A DNA stretch of 64,000 nt, taken from the NCBI GenBank assembly GCA_032718475.1, contig JAUCBJ010006157.1, forward strand, positions 39,264-103,263, read 5' to 3'. The translations under genes were made by a program, and so were the position numbers. Positions 12,336 through 23,676 of the stretch are shown here, one piece after another. Under the pieces are notes generated by a model, which was not told the origin of the DNA, made no database searches, and saw only the letters and a list, made by a program, of their open reading frames with translations. Numbering within the stretch: the first letter of the stretch is position 1; each line of letters starts with the position of its first letter. This DNA is from Nemertoderma westbladi. Lineage: Eukaryota > Animalia > Xenacoelomorpha.

Positions 12336-14100
12336 ATTGTGAGCGGACTATTCAGTTGTGTGAGCGGACTATACAGTTGTGTGAGCAGTATATACAGTTA
12401 TGTGAGTGGACTATGCAGTTGTGTGAGTGGACTATACAGTTGTGTGAGCGGACTATACAGCTGTGTGAGCGGACTATACAGTTGTGTGAGCGAACTATAC
12501 AGTTGTGTGAGCGGACTATACAGTTGTGTGAGCGGACTATACAGTTGTGTGAGCAGTATATACAGTTATGTGAGTGGACTATACAGTTGCGTGAGCGGAC
12601 TATACAGTTGTGTGAGCGGACTATACAGTTGTGTGAGCGGACTATACAGTTGTGTGAGTGGACTATACAGTTGTGTGAGCGGACTATACAGTTGTGTGAG
12701 CGGACTATACAGTTGTGTGAGCGGACTATACAGTTGTGTGAGCAGTATATACAGTTATGTGAGTAGACTATACAGTTGTGTGAGTGGACTATACAGTTGT
12801 GTGAGCGAACTATACAGTTGTGTGAGCGGACTATACAGTTGTGTCAGCGGACTATACAGTTGTGTGAGCGAACTATACAGTTGTGTGAGCAGTATATACA
12901 GTTATGTGAGTGGACTATACAGTTGTGTGAGTGGACTATACAGTTGTGTGAGCGGACTATACAGTTGTGTGAGCGGACTATACCGTTGTGTGAGCGGACT
13001 ATACAGTTGTGTGAGCGGACTATACAGTTGTGTGAGCGGACTATACAGTTGTGTGAGTGGACTATACAGTTGTGTGAGCGGACTATACAGTTGTGTGGGC
13101 AGACTATTCAGTTGTGTGAGCGGACTTTACAGTTGTGTGATGGGACTGAATATAAAGTTGTGTGTTCGGACTATACAGTTGTGTGAGCGGACTATACAGT
13201 TGTGTGGGCAGACTATTCAGTTGTGTGAGCGGACTTTACAGTTGTGTGATGGGACTGAATATAAAGTTGTGTGAGCGGACTATACAGTTGTGTGAACGGT
13301 ATATACAGTTGTGTGAGCGGACTATACAGTTGTGTGTTGGGACTGAATATAAACTTGTGTGAGCGGTATATACAGTTGTATGAGCGGTATATACCGTTGT
13401 GTGAGCGGTCTATACAGTTGTGTAAGCGGACTATACAGTTGTGTGAGCGGACTATACAGTTGTGTGAGCGAACTATATAGTTGTGTGAGCGGACTATACA
13501 GTTGTGTGAGCGGACTATACAGTTGTGTGATGGGACTGAATATAAAGTTGTGTGTTCAGACTATACAGTTGTGTGAGCGGACTATACAGTTGTGTGAGCA
13601 GACTATTCAGTTGACTACGGCGGATTCAGCGGACTATACAGTTGTGTGATGTGACTGAATATAAAGTGTGTGAGTGGTCTATACAGTTGTGTGAGCGGAC
13701 TATACAGTTGTGTGATGGGACTGAACATAAAGTTGTGTGAGCGGACTATAAAGTTGTGTGAGCGGACTATACAGTTGTGTGAGCGGACTATACAGTTCTG
13801 TGAGCGGACTATACAGTTGTGTGAGCGGACTATAAAGTTGCGTGAGCGGATTATAATGTGCTGGTGATCTGACTATAAAGTTATGGTGAGAGCTCTATCT
13901 ATTTCTGGTGAGCGGAATATAAAGTTCGGGTGAGCGGACTATAAAGTTCTTGTGGACTGACTATAAAGTTTTGGTGAGCGGACTGTGAAGTTGTGTGAGC
14001 GGACTATAATGTTGTGTAAGCGGACTATAAATTTGTGTGAGCGGACTATAAAGTTGTGTGAGCGGACTATAAAGTTGTGTGAGTGGACCATAAAGTTCTG
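12336..14100. repeat. 21-bp intronic minisatellite, ~80 copies (GTGAGCGGACTATACAGTTGT)
   Basis: Direct 21-bp periodicity, degenerating towards 14100. Confidence 0.95.
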
Positions 14101-14376
14101 GTTAGGGGACTGTTCTTTTATGTAGGTCAACTTGAAAGGGGATACTGTTGCCGAAAATTAAACTAATTTATATGGCCAGTATATGTTTTATTTTTTTTAT
14201 TACAACAAAAGGTTGACATGCGCTGGAAGCCTTTCCGCCTATTGGGGCGTCTCCAAATTCCATGATGACGGATTGAAAGTTAATTAATATAAAACTAAAA
14301 GTGTTTAAATTTTACAAGAAAATTAAATAGTGAATGATAAATTAACAACATTTACATATATATTATCTTTGTTTAG

Positions 14377-14635
14377 GGGGCGTGGTACTTGGGAAGGCAT
14401 TCTTCTTAATTCAATAAAGATTCAGCGAAATTCCTTACAAACTGAATTAATCGTAGAATCCAAATCAAAATCCGAAATAAAAACTCCGAAATCGAAATCG
14501 CTGCAGTCTGGTGTTACTGAATCACAAGAACCATCGGTTGACTCATCTGAGAGCATCAGATCGCCCGAACTGCACACAATGAAGCAAACAAAAGCACACG
14601 AAGCAGTAGTCAAAGCCAGGGAATCGGCGTTACAG
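14377..14635 (+). CDS. CCDC180: CCDC180-like gene, penultimate exon (phase 2/0): GRGTWEGILL...TMKQTKAHEAVVKARESALQ
   Basis: gtttag acceptor, CAG|GTAAG donor; RGRGTWEGI and TKAHEAVVKARE resemble the CCDC180 C-terminal motifs RG.R.W.GI and T..H.A.V.AR. Confidence 0.75.
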
Positions 14636-14639
14636 GTAA

Positions 14640-15375
14640 GACTGACTACTGATCAGTTAGTAGCAAGGCCTACTGTACTGTAGGCCTACTGTTAGTACAG
14701 TAGGCCTTGGTTAGTAGTGAGGGACGCATTGGTTCTACAGTAGGACTGACTACTGATCAGTTAGTAGTGAGGGACGCATTGGTTCTAGGACTGACTACTG
14801 ATCAGTTAGTAGTGAGGGACGCATTGGTTCTAGGACTGACTACTGATCAGTTAGTAGTGAGGGACGCATTGGTTCTAGGACTGACTACTGATCAGTTAGT
14901 AGTGAGGGACGCATTGGTTCTAGGACTGACTACTGATCAGTTAGTAGTGAGGGACGCATTGGTTCTAGGACTGACTACTGATCAGTTAGTAGTGAGGGAC
15001 GCATTGGTTCTAGGACTGACTACTGATCAGTTAGTAGTGAGGGACGCATTGGTTCTAGGACTGACTACTGATCAGTTAGTAGTGAGGGACGCATTGGTTC
15101 TAGGACTGACTACTGATCAGTTAGTAGTGAGGGACGCATTGGTTCTAGGACTGACTACTGATCAGTTAGTAGTGAGGGACGCATTGGTTCTAGGACTGAC
15201 TACTGATCAGTTAGTAGTGAGGGACGCATTGGTTCTAGGACTGACTACTGATCAGTTAGTAGTGAGGGACGCATTGGTTCTAGGACTGACTACTGATCAG
15301 TTAGTAGTGAGGGACGCATTGGTTCTAGGACTGACTACTGACCAGTTAGTAGTGAGGGACGCATTGGTTCTAGGA
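14640..15375. repeat. 45-bp intronic minisatellite, ~15 near-identical copies (GGACTGACTACTGATCAGTTAGTAGTGAGGGACGCATTGGTTCTA)
   Basis: 45-bp periodicity beginning immediately after the donor at 14636. Confidence 0.96.
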
Positions 15376-15492
15376 TTGGCCTCTGATGTAATCACCTAGC
15401 CTATAGTTTCTGTGGTTTGGTGATGGTTCTGGTTGGGTTGTATCGAGTTTGGGATAATGTGTTTCAACTATTTAATCGTTTTCTTTTTTTAG

Positions 15493-15627
15493 GATTTCAA
15501 CTCTTTGTTCAAGAAATTAACGCAACCGATAACAAAGACTCATGACATCGAACTTTTAGAAGAGAAACGATGGAGCGACAATTGGGACATAACGATTTCT
15601 GAAATACGGGCCATTTATTCAAAATAA
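15493..15627 (+). CDS. CCDC180: CCDC180-like gene, terminal exon: DFNSLFKK...EEKRWSDNWDITISEIRAIYSK*
   Basis: Polypyrimidine tract plus AG at 15492; E..RW...W......I...Y* ending characteristic of CCDC180; AATAAA at 15787. Confidence 0.75.
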   Translation, partial: DFNSLFKKLTQPITKTHDIELLEEKRWSDNWDITISEIRAIYSK

Positions 15628-16485
15628 ATACTAACATAGATGACAAATACTCGCAGAGAACTTTCAAAACTATTGTCGTCATAGTTTTGTTTATGTAGTT
15701 CTCAACTTACTTAATAATTTTATATGTAGCCGAATTCTTGTAAACATTTATGTAATTCTTGTAAATATGTAAATCTTATATTTCGTAATAAATTTTGCCG
15801 GTGTGTAATTTGGTGGAATAATTATACCAGAATACTGTAAGAACCTGAACGTCTAAATGGTTAAACACCCATACAGTAATCTAAATGGTTAAACACCCAT
15901 ACAGTAATCTAAATGGTTAAACACCCACCAAATTTATGTACTTGAGTATATTGAGTGATTGACTATAATTAAATTTGACTTAATTAAATGTATATTGTCA
16001 GATAGTCCTAGAGTTGGAGTGCAGCTCCTACATATTTCACACAGCTCTACGGATGTACAGAACTCAAATCCTAAGAATTTTTTGTAAATGAGTGACGAGT
16101 GAGGGCGAATTTTACTGTTATTACACCACCTGACTTCATGAAATCCCACTCTTATCCTCAACCAAACCGATCCGATATATACATACAGTAGTCATATTCA
16201 ACGTGTGAAGAGACCGCCATTTGAAGGGCATTGACACCATTATTGATTATCGCCGATTAATAGCTTCCTTTTAAGAAGTAAATGAATAACAAACAATTTT
16301 ATGTTGATAATAATGTTTGTGACACCATTAACGATTAAAAGTCGATAAATGATTAAAAATAATTTATGTTGATAATTTTGTTTGAATTAAGTGGAAGGGT
16401 TTGTTTTTGTCATGTATAATTACATGGATGTTTGGTTAATTTTGTTAAATAATAAGACCTGTTTATATAGTTTGAGTACTGTAGC

Positions 16486-16526
16486 TAGATAAAGATATAT
16501 CTATTTCTTTGCAAATTGTATAAATA
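16486..16526 (+). promoter_or_regulatory. Tandem GATA motifs and TATA box of the serine protease gene
   Basis: AGATAAAGATA near 16486-16497 and TATAAATA at 16519-16526, ~80 bp upstream of ATG 16608. Confidence 0.5.
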
Positions 16527-16607
16527 GGTGACAGATTTCATCCTGCCACATAGCTTCTAGAGCCACCTACTAAATTCATCAGAGTATTTCGTATAACTGT
16601 AATCAAC

Positions 16608-17915
16608 ATGATTCCTTTCTTCTTTGTGTTACTGGCCACATCGGCCCTGGGCCAACAGCAATGCGGACAGAAATCGTCTAAAATAGTAGGTGGTGATGAA
16701 GCTCAAAAAAACAGTTGGCCGTGGCAGGTAAGAAGGAATTCAAGGACTTCTGGAAGGTCTACAACTGGTAATGGTCATGTAAATCTATTGGTCTACGTAG
16801 CACAATTACTTGTATTAGTAGTATCAATTTTAATTTTTAGCCGTGTTCAAGTTCCAATGAAAGGGAAAAATAACTATTTAGAATCTTATAGTTGACCCAC
16901 TAACCGTAACCTAAAAATACTGAGAGTAAATAAGTGTTATATCGGCAATGTATACATATTTTCCTAGGTGTCACTGCAAGGCTGGAACGGTCATTTTTGT
17001 GGTGGAAGTATTATAAATGAGAATTGGATTGTCACTGCCAGTCACTGCATCCAGAACCAAATGGCGTGGGGCGTTACTGTTGTAGCTGGGGAACATAGTC
17101 TACGCTACAGTGATGGAACTGAGGTAAAGTAACTTTATATTCCTTTAACTTTATATAATAATTAGTATATTTAGTATTACCATTAATTCAAGATACTGTT
17201 ATTAGTAACTCTTTCGTTACTAAAAACGAATTGTGAAGAGGTTAGGCTTTCATCTACAATACTTGAGATAAATTTTATAATCAACCCAAATTTTATTGTT
17301 TTAAGGCGCGACATAGTGCCAGTAAACTTATCCAACACGAGAGATTTGATTCCTACAACCTTGTCAACGACATCGCTCTCATAAAACTGCAGTCACCACT
17401 GCGATTCAACAACGCAATCAGTCCTATCTGTCTACCTGAGCAAGGGTTCACAGCACCTCATCATCATCCCGAGTGCTACGCTACTGGGTGGGGCGAGAGC
17501 ATGGGAACCGGTGACAGCTCAGTACTACGTCAGGTGGTGCTACCTCCTTGGGATAAACAGAAGTAAGTTGACTCAAGTTACTTAAATAACTAATAATTTT
17601 TTGGGGTAACAAATAATTATTCCTTGTTCTGAGCCTGTAATAATTAAGGTTCTGATTTTTAGATGCGTTCAGCAAACCGGATGGGGTAGTGCTGTTTCTC
17701 ACCCTGGTATGGTCTGCACTGGTTTACCGGATGGCTCTTCGGCTTGCTTTGGTGACTCTGGCGGACCCCTGAGCTGCAACCTGGGTGGTCGATGGGTTCT
17801 CATTGGAGCAACTAGTTATGGTAGAAGACATTGCTACGATCCCCAATATCCCAGCATTTACGCAAATGTTGCCAACTACAGAGATTGGATTGATCAAAAG
17901 ATCCAATCAAATTAA
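16608..17915 (+). CDS. Secreted S1A chymotrypsin-like serine protease, ~261 aa; exons 16608-16727, 16968-17123, 17306-17562, 17663-17915
   Basis: Signal peptide, K|IVGG activation site, WPWQ, TASHC (His57), NDIAL (Asp102), GDSGGP (Ser195); Ser at position 189; all introns GT-AG and phase-consistent. Confidence 0.95.
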
Positions 17916-19099
17916 ACTCCAAAAATATAGGTTTATTTAGGTGATGGTTGATCTAATTCTGGTTCCTGGCGAAAATTGTTATCTATTTTAATTTGTGACT
18001 TTGTTATAATATGAATATGATGCATAATGATCAGATATTATAGGCCATACCCATTTCTATCGAAGGCACCGAAATTATTTATTCTCCCTTTCACACCTAT
18101 AAAAGTTGTTCAAAATGATGAATGTTAATAATTCTTAGTTCATCGTTCATGACTAAGGAGCAGTGACAGGATACGATACGAAGCGAAAACGGATTTTCAT
18201 ATTGGAGTATTTTTTCGTATCGAATTTTGTATCGTATCATAAAAATTGACTTCGTATCGTGTAATACGAATAAATATTTTTCGTATTTCGTATCGTATTT
18301 TCGTATCTTATTATTTTGTAAATATTAGTATTTTCTGTTTTCAACAGTAAAGCCAAAAATCACACCACTTATTTATTTAGGGTTTTTTTCAAAATTAGAT
18401 AGTAAATTAAGTTACAGGTTAGAATTTCATTATGTCAATAAAATGTAAACAGGATCGTTAATCAAATTGTAATTAACTGTAGAGATAAAAAGACCACTGA
18501 AATATAATCTAATTATAGTTTAAATAAAGTTATAAAAAATGTAGAGTTGTCTCGTGTCCATCTCGTTATCTAGCTGGCCAATCTCTCTACCTGCCGTGTG
18601 GTTAGTTACATACAACCCCCCCCCCTCCACTCGCATTCCCAGCAACTGGCTGCCTTACACACACATCCTTCCCATCTACAGTATGTACCAGCCAACTTGC
18701 ATGTCGACAAATAAATGAGGCAGCATTATTAATGAGAATCAATTTTTATGCCGTTTTAATTACTTTAGATCAATTAAAGTTAAAGACACAATTATTAAAG
18801 AAAATCACTTGAAATAATAAAAAACGTTATTGGAATGGGGTATGTGGAATACAGTTATATAATTTTGAAGTATAATTATTTAAATCTTATACTAGAAATT
18901 AATTAATATCCTTCAAGAGGCAGGTTGTAATTTCTGTTTTTACTCTAATCAACTTAATTAACTAATTAACTGCTCTTATCTTATCTTCTCGAAGGCCACA
19001 CGGATATTCAACTTGGAACATTTCTAAACTTTGGCCAGACTACATGTGTACCAAGTTTGGTTAAATTTCATTAACATTTAAAACGTTATTAACGTTTAA

Positions 19100-19297
19100 A
19101 ATTGAACACAACAGAACGACAGAACAAAAGAGCAATAAAACAACAAAACAGCAGAACAACAAAACAACAAAACAACAAAACAGCAGAACAACAGAACAAC
19201 AGAACAACAAAACAACAGAACAACAGAACAACAGAACAACAGAACAACAGAACAACAGAACAACAGAACAACAGAACAACATAACAACATAACAACA
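19100..19297. repeat. (AACAACAG)n simple repeat; second block at ~20011-20098
   Basis: 8-bp periodicity; explains the LLFCCSVV ORFs. Confidence 0.9.
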
Positions 19298-20126
19298 TAC
19301 AGTACAGGCCACCAGAAAACGCAGATTTGTACAATTGCGAACACATTTTATCAAATGTGTACCAGTGTAATGTAATGTTGTTGAACGGGACAATTGAACA
19401 TAATTGAACATAATTGAATTGGCAACAACCAAAATTTTTTCTCCAAAGGATACAATTGAATACTTTTGAAACGCTTAGTAAGCTGGAAACTCTCTGTAGT
19501 TTGCCGCGAACTGTCACTCACTGCAGCTGGAAATGCGATAAGGATTTTGTTTACCTTTATAGTGTGCGGTTAATAGTGTCTAGTAGGCAGGCCTATAGTT
19601 AGTGATGTTAAGGCATCTTCTGGTGTTTCTCTGTGCCCTCTCGGTGTCAGACTAATGGCGCGACATCTCCCTGCACTAAATTAATTATTCAATGGTCTAG
19701 GTTCCTCAATCCATATACCCATCCGCACTCCCATACACTCCATGAACCGCCATGTGGTCTTGTATGTAGTTCTCTCTCTACCAATACAGCCCATGTCCGC
19801 AATGTTACGTCCTGGGGGCTCTCTCATCTACCTGATATCAGACATACAGGCGCACCACACACAAAGCCTTTGTCGGTCCCAGCAAGTTAGCCTCCTGCTG
19901 TGTGATCTAGAAGATAACTCGCCATAACCTGCCAATCAGATGACTTGAACAAATGTGTTCACATGTGATCACATTGGATGAAATCTGCTTTTTCTGGTGG
20001 CCTGTACTGTAACAACAGAACAACAGAACAACATAACAACAGAACAACAGAACAACAGAACAACAGAACAACAGATCAACAGAACAACAGAGCAACAGAC
20101 ACACCGATTGAGTTGGGGTTGGGAGT

Positions 20127-20367
20127 GTCGCAGTGTCCGAGTGGATATGGCGCCTGAACTGCTTACACAATAGTGTATGGTGGCGCAGGTTCGAATCCGA
20201 CTAAAGGCTGTAGAAATTTCGCACTGTTGTGTGCCTAGGCAAGACACTTTAGACATTAGTGCCTACGTCAACCCAGCGGTATAATGGGAACCTGGCTTTG
20301 CTGGGGTAATGATAATAAAAGCGCTTTGAGTATGCCGAGCATAATAAAGCGCTATATAAATAACCAA

Positions 20368-20398
<31 letters not shown>

Positions 20399-20402
20399 TA
20401 TT
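20127..20402 (+). mobile_element. tRNA-derived SINE with conserved central domain and L2-like 3' tail
   Basis: Head GTCGCAGTGTCCGAGTGG (A box) and GGTTCGAATCC (B box); central TTGTGTGCCTAGGCAAGACACTTT..ACCCAGCGGTATAATGGGAACC (Meta/CORE-like); tail AAGCGCTTTGAG..AAAGCGCTATATAAAT followed by (TAT)n. Confidence 0.8.
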
Positions 20403-20666
20403 ACCTGTATGCTAAGCTCGCTTACTTTCGTCGCTCGCCCCACAGGGCAACAGATAGATTGAGAGAGGCTAATGGTTTCTGCCCTGACCAATCGGTGGCA
20501 GGAGCAGCTGTTTTGCTATTGGCTGGTGTCATTTGATTAATCGGTTGTTCTTCTTAATTAATTATCTTTCCTATCTATTGGTGGTGACATAATGTTAGGA
20601 TGCCGTCACCTACAGTAGTAGGTTAGTCTGCTATCCACTGTACCAATAAATATATACTAAACAATA

Positions 20667-21745
20667 CTGCCGTGCAATGTAAAAAGACCGCAAGTCACAA
20701 AAAGTCATTTCGAGTAAAACGCAAATTAGTGTTTGCCTTCAGATTGTTGGTTTAAAATGTCCGTAAATTACTAATTTTTTATTAACCCTACGCAATTGGG
20801 GGTGGGAAATTTTTCTACGTGAATTAATTTTCACTTTCCATTAATATTTTGACTTCAGGGTAATTTTTTGTACTTACGGTATTTTTGCATTGTACGTACT
20901 GTACAACCTATGTAAATACATATTTTAAGACATATATTTCAAAAAAACCGTATGTGCGTTTTCTTATTATCTATGCAATGACAAAACACCGCAAGTCTTG
21001 TTGACTTACGGTTTTTTGGCATAAATTTAAGTGACTGACGGTCTTTTAACATTGTGGGGCGAGCCACGAAGTTGGCGGAGCCTTAGCGAATTGACACTGT
21101 TAGGGGGTGGGTCAATTTATGCAAATAGTTGTCGTCGTCGTCGTCGTCGTCGTTGTCGTCGTCGTCGTCGTCGTTGTCGTCGTCGTCGTTACGATTTTGA
21201 CATGCTAATAACTTTGTCGGATTTAAAGCTGCCAAGTTGAAAATTTGTAGGTATCAATATGAGCAAAAGTTGAGATTTTTGAGAGACTTTCAGACACCAT
21301 CAGTGCAATGGTCTCCCGCTAGAGGGCCACATGTCTAAACATTAAATGCCCTCCCATTTCTTTGCTTTTAATCCGTTTAAGCTGAAACTTGGCAGATATG
21401 TATTAGACCATTAGCTGTGACTTTCAAAGGAGGCGAATCCATCTGCAGTTCTCCAGTCTGCCGCTAGAGGGCCAACGTGACAACGACAACTATTTGCATA
21501 AATTGACCCACCCCGTAACAGTGTCAATTCGCTAAGGCTTCGCCAACTTCGTGCTGCGCGAAGTCCCCACTTCGTGTAACACTATACATATGTTTTGACT
21601 TACAGCCTTTCTACATTGCATATCTCGAGAACTAGATTAGATACGGTGTTCTCGATTATACCATTAGATAGAGCGCATTTTTTAGACCCAGAAAAAGTGA
21701 ATTTTGGAAAAATGCGACTTACGATCTTTTTACATTGCACGGCAG
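20667..21745. mobile_element. Non-autonomous TIR DNA transposon with 4-bp TSD AATA (Sola-like)
   Basis: TIR CTGCCGTGCAATGTAAAAAGA.CG.AAGTC at 20667 and its inverse ending at 21745; AATA at 20663-20666 and 21746-21749. Confidence 0.75.
21052..21570. mobile_element. Nested element with ~80-bp inverted repeats and internal (GTC)n, possibly Helentron/HINE-like
   Basis: CACGAAGTTGGCG..TTAGCGAATTGACACTGTTA..GGGTCAATTTATGCAAATAGTTGTCGT at 21065-21135 is inverted at 21483-21553; (GTC)n at 21131-21189. Confidence 0.6.
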
Positions 21746-22021
21746 AATAGCTCTACATTAATATACGGAGAAGATAGCGCGGTCATGTGACATGCAATTT
21801 GGTTCTATTGGCAAGGCTCCATGCTTGTAAGTTGACCTTTGGGGTCCTTAGAAGCCGGGGTGTTAATTGTTTCCCATTTCGGTTAATAACTGTTTCAGGT
21901 GGCATATGAAATATTGACTTTCTGGGTGGGGAAGTGCCTCAGTGATCGTTCCCGTAACACTGTATATTTTGGGTAACTTGACAGGTTTTCTTCATCAATT
22001 GTTATTTATTAACTCTATTAA

Positions 22022-22052
<31 letters not shown>

Positions 22053-22425
22053 TGTCAATTTAACCCTCCCTTGGTTTTTTATTATGATTCTGAAACAAAC
22101 GCAGTTGAGAATCTGAAATTTTATGACTTTTCCTCAAAATCTATTGTCTTCCTAGTAGTGAAAACCGTTTTTAAAAATATTGGGTAGTTTTCGAGTTATC
22201 GCACCATTTTTTAACCCTACTTTTGGCACTTTTTTTGAGACGTTTTTTGAAAATTACATTTCATTAAATATGAATTGTATCATCTCTATTTTTGATTTAC
22301 ACCGTTTTTTTTGGTGTTAGCAATTGGATGGAATTCATATAAATTGATTTAGAAATGTCAAACATGTTTTTTTCGGCGGGTGCCAGCACCAAATTTTGAA
22401 ATATGTAAATATTGTAAATTGATTG

Positions 22426-23598
22426 TGTTCGCGCTTTTGAAGACCTTTAGCAGTTTAACCTGCCAAAATTTATATGTCTTTTAGTTAATTAACACACCTT
22501 TAGCATACGACAATATTTTATGCTAATAGACAAAACATTAGCCGAAGCCAGCCCATGCGCGATCATTCACCCGATGGATCTACACCCGGGAGGCTGAATT
22601 CGGATGCTTAAATTATTATTATTGCAGTGTAAGGTTGCAGCGTAAACCTACTGTATTATTCGATTGATCACTAATATGTAATTTCTGACAGATATTATTC
22701 ACTTTCGGGAAATATTAACAGTTCCTTTAGGACGTGGCGCTCTATTTATTTAAACAGAGCTAGGACTTATACTAGACGCAACGATAATGCTTATGATTAA
22801 AGTATAAGGCGCATTCTTTAGGAAATGCTTTGTTACCAGTCACAGACATACACACTATTCTGCCGACCGTCAGTAAATTTGATCACACATAAAAAGAACA
22901 GCAATTGACTCAGGTAGTGTCTACTAAATAACATTAGATTCAATACACACCACATTGATATAAATCGCAATTGTTATATGTAGCCGGTCTCTCTAACCTG
23001 TAGTGTATCAAGAAAATTGGGCAATCTGGGTGATTTATCAATATTCTCCAAATAACAATATTTCATCAACAAATCGATACAATTAATAACTGACGGTAAA
23101 TAGCAGTACAAACAGTTAAGTTAAGTTAGTGAAAGTCCGTGACGTTAAGATTAGTTAAGACTCGATTAGATTAGGTTAGGTAACAGTTATACTTTCTATA
23201 ATTTAAGCGGTTGTATAAATATCAAACATCGCGTTCTTCCAAAAGGCCGATGTTCTGGCAAAAATTGGGAACACAACAACCGAATCATATGACTACGACT
23301 ACTACTCTATACGAGGATACCAACTACCCTTATTCCACGAAGCTCCCGTCCAACACAGAGGATGAGCAGTGAGATAGGAAAAATTCAGTTCAGTAGCTCT
23401 GGGATAGGTCAAAATCAACGCCAACTCAAATTCTATTGGCCGATCGAACAGAGCCCAGATCCTCTCGCACAGCAAATTAGCCAATCAGCCGGTAGCTTAC
23501 ACTATTCTAGCTAGGTATCCCTTTTTAGAGTATTCAGCGACTGGGGGGGATCTGGTTGGCAAGGCAAACGAATCAGTTATCCCACAAAAGCTTTTACA
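22426..23598 (-). repeat. Candidate 3' LTR (~1.17 kb)
   Basis: Minus strand: purine tract GGGAGCGG followed by TGTAAAAG ... CGCGAACA; CCAAT boxes near 23435 and 23481; AATAAA (minus) near 22745. No second copy found, so the boundaries are inferred. Confidence 0.45.
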
Positions 23599-23676
23599 CC
23601 GCTCCCAGAAAATGGGATTTAAGTCTATAAAATATACAAAATCACAGTTTCTAAAATATAAAAATACTCTAAACAG

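Noticed and set aside
12293-12338. Possible extra exon KSFELSRNFKDCLVN before the 21-bp array
   Set aside because: Phases (0/1) are incompatible with the flanking phase-2 junction, and exon end 5897 joins 14377 cleanly.
12339-13867. Cys-rich ORFs (SGLYSCV / CERTIQL)
   Set aside because: Translations of the 21-bp minisatellite in two frames with no unique sequence.
1-15375. CRISPR-like arrays (30-45 bp periodicity)
   Set aside because: Head-to-tail units with no unique spacers, no cas genes, eukaryotic context.
14707-15399. 230-aa ORF (LGLTTDQLVVRDALV)n
   Set aside because: 45-bp intronic repeat lying between two well-supported exons.
20127-20212. tRNA gene
   Set aside because: No intact acceptor or anticodon stems; continues into a SINE body and tail.
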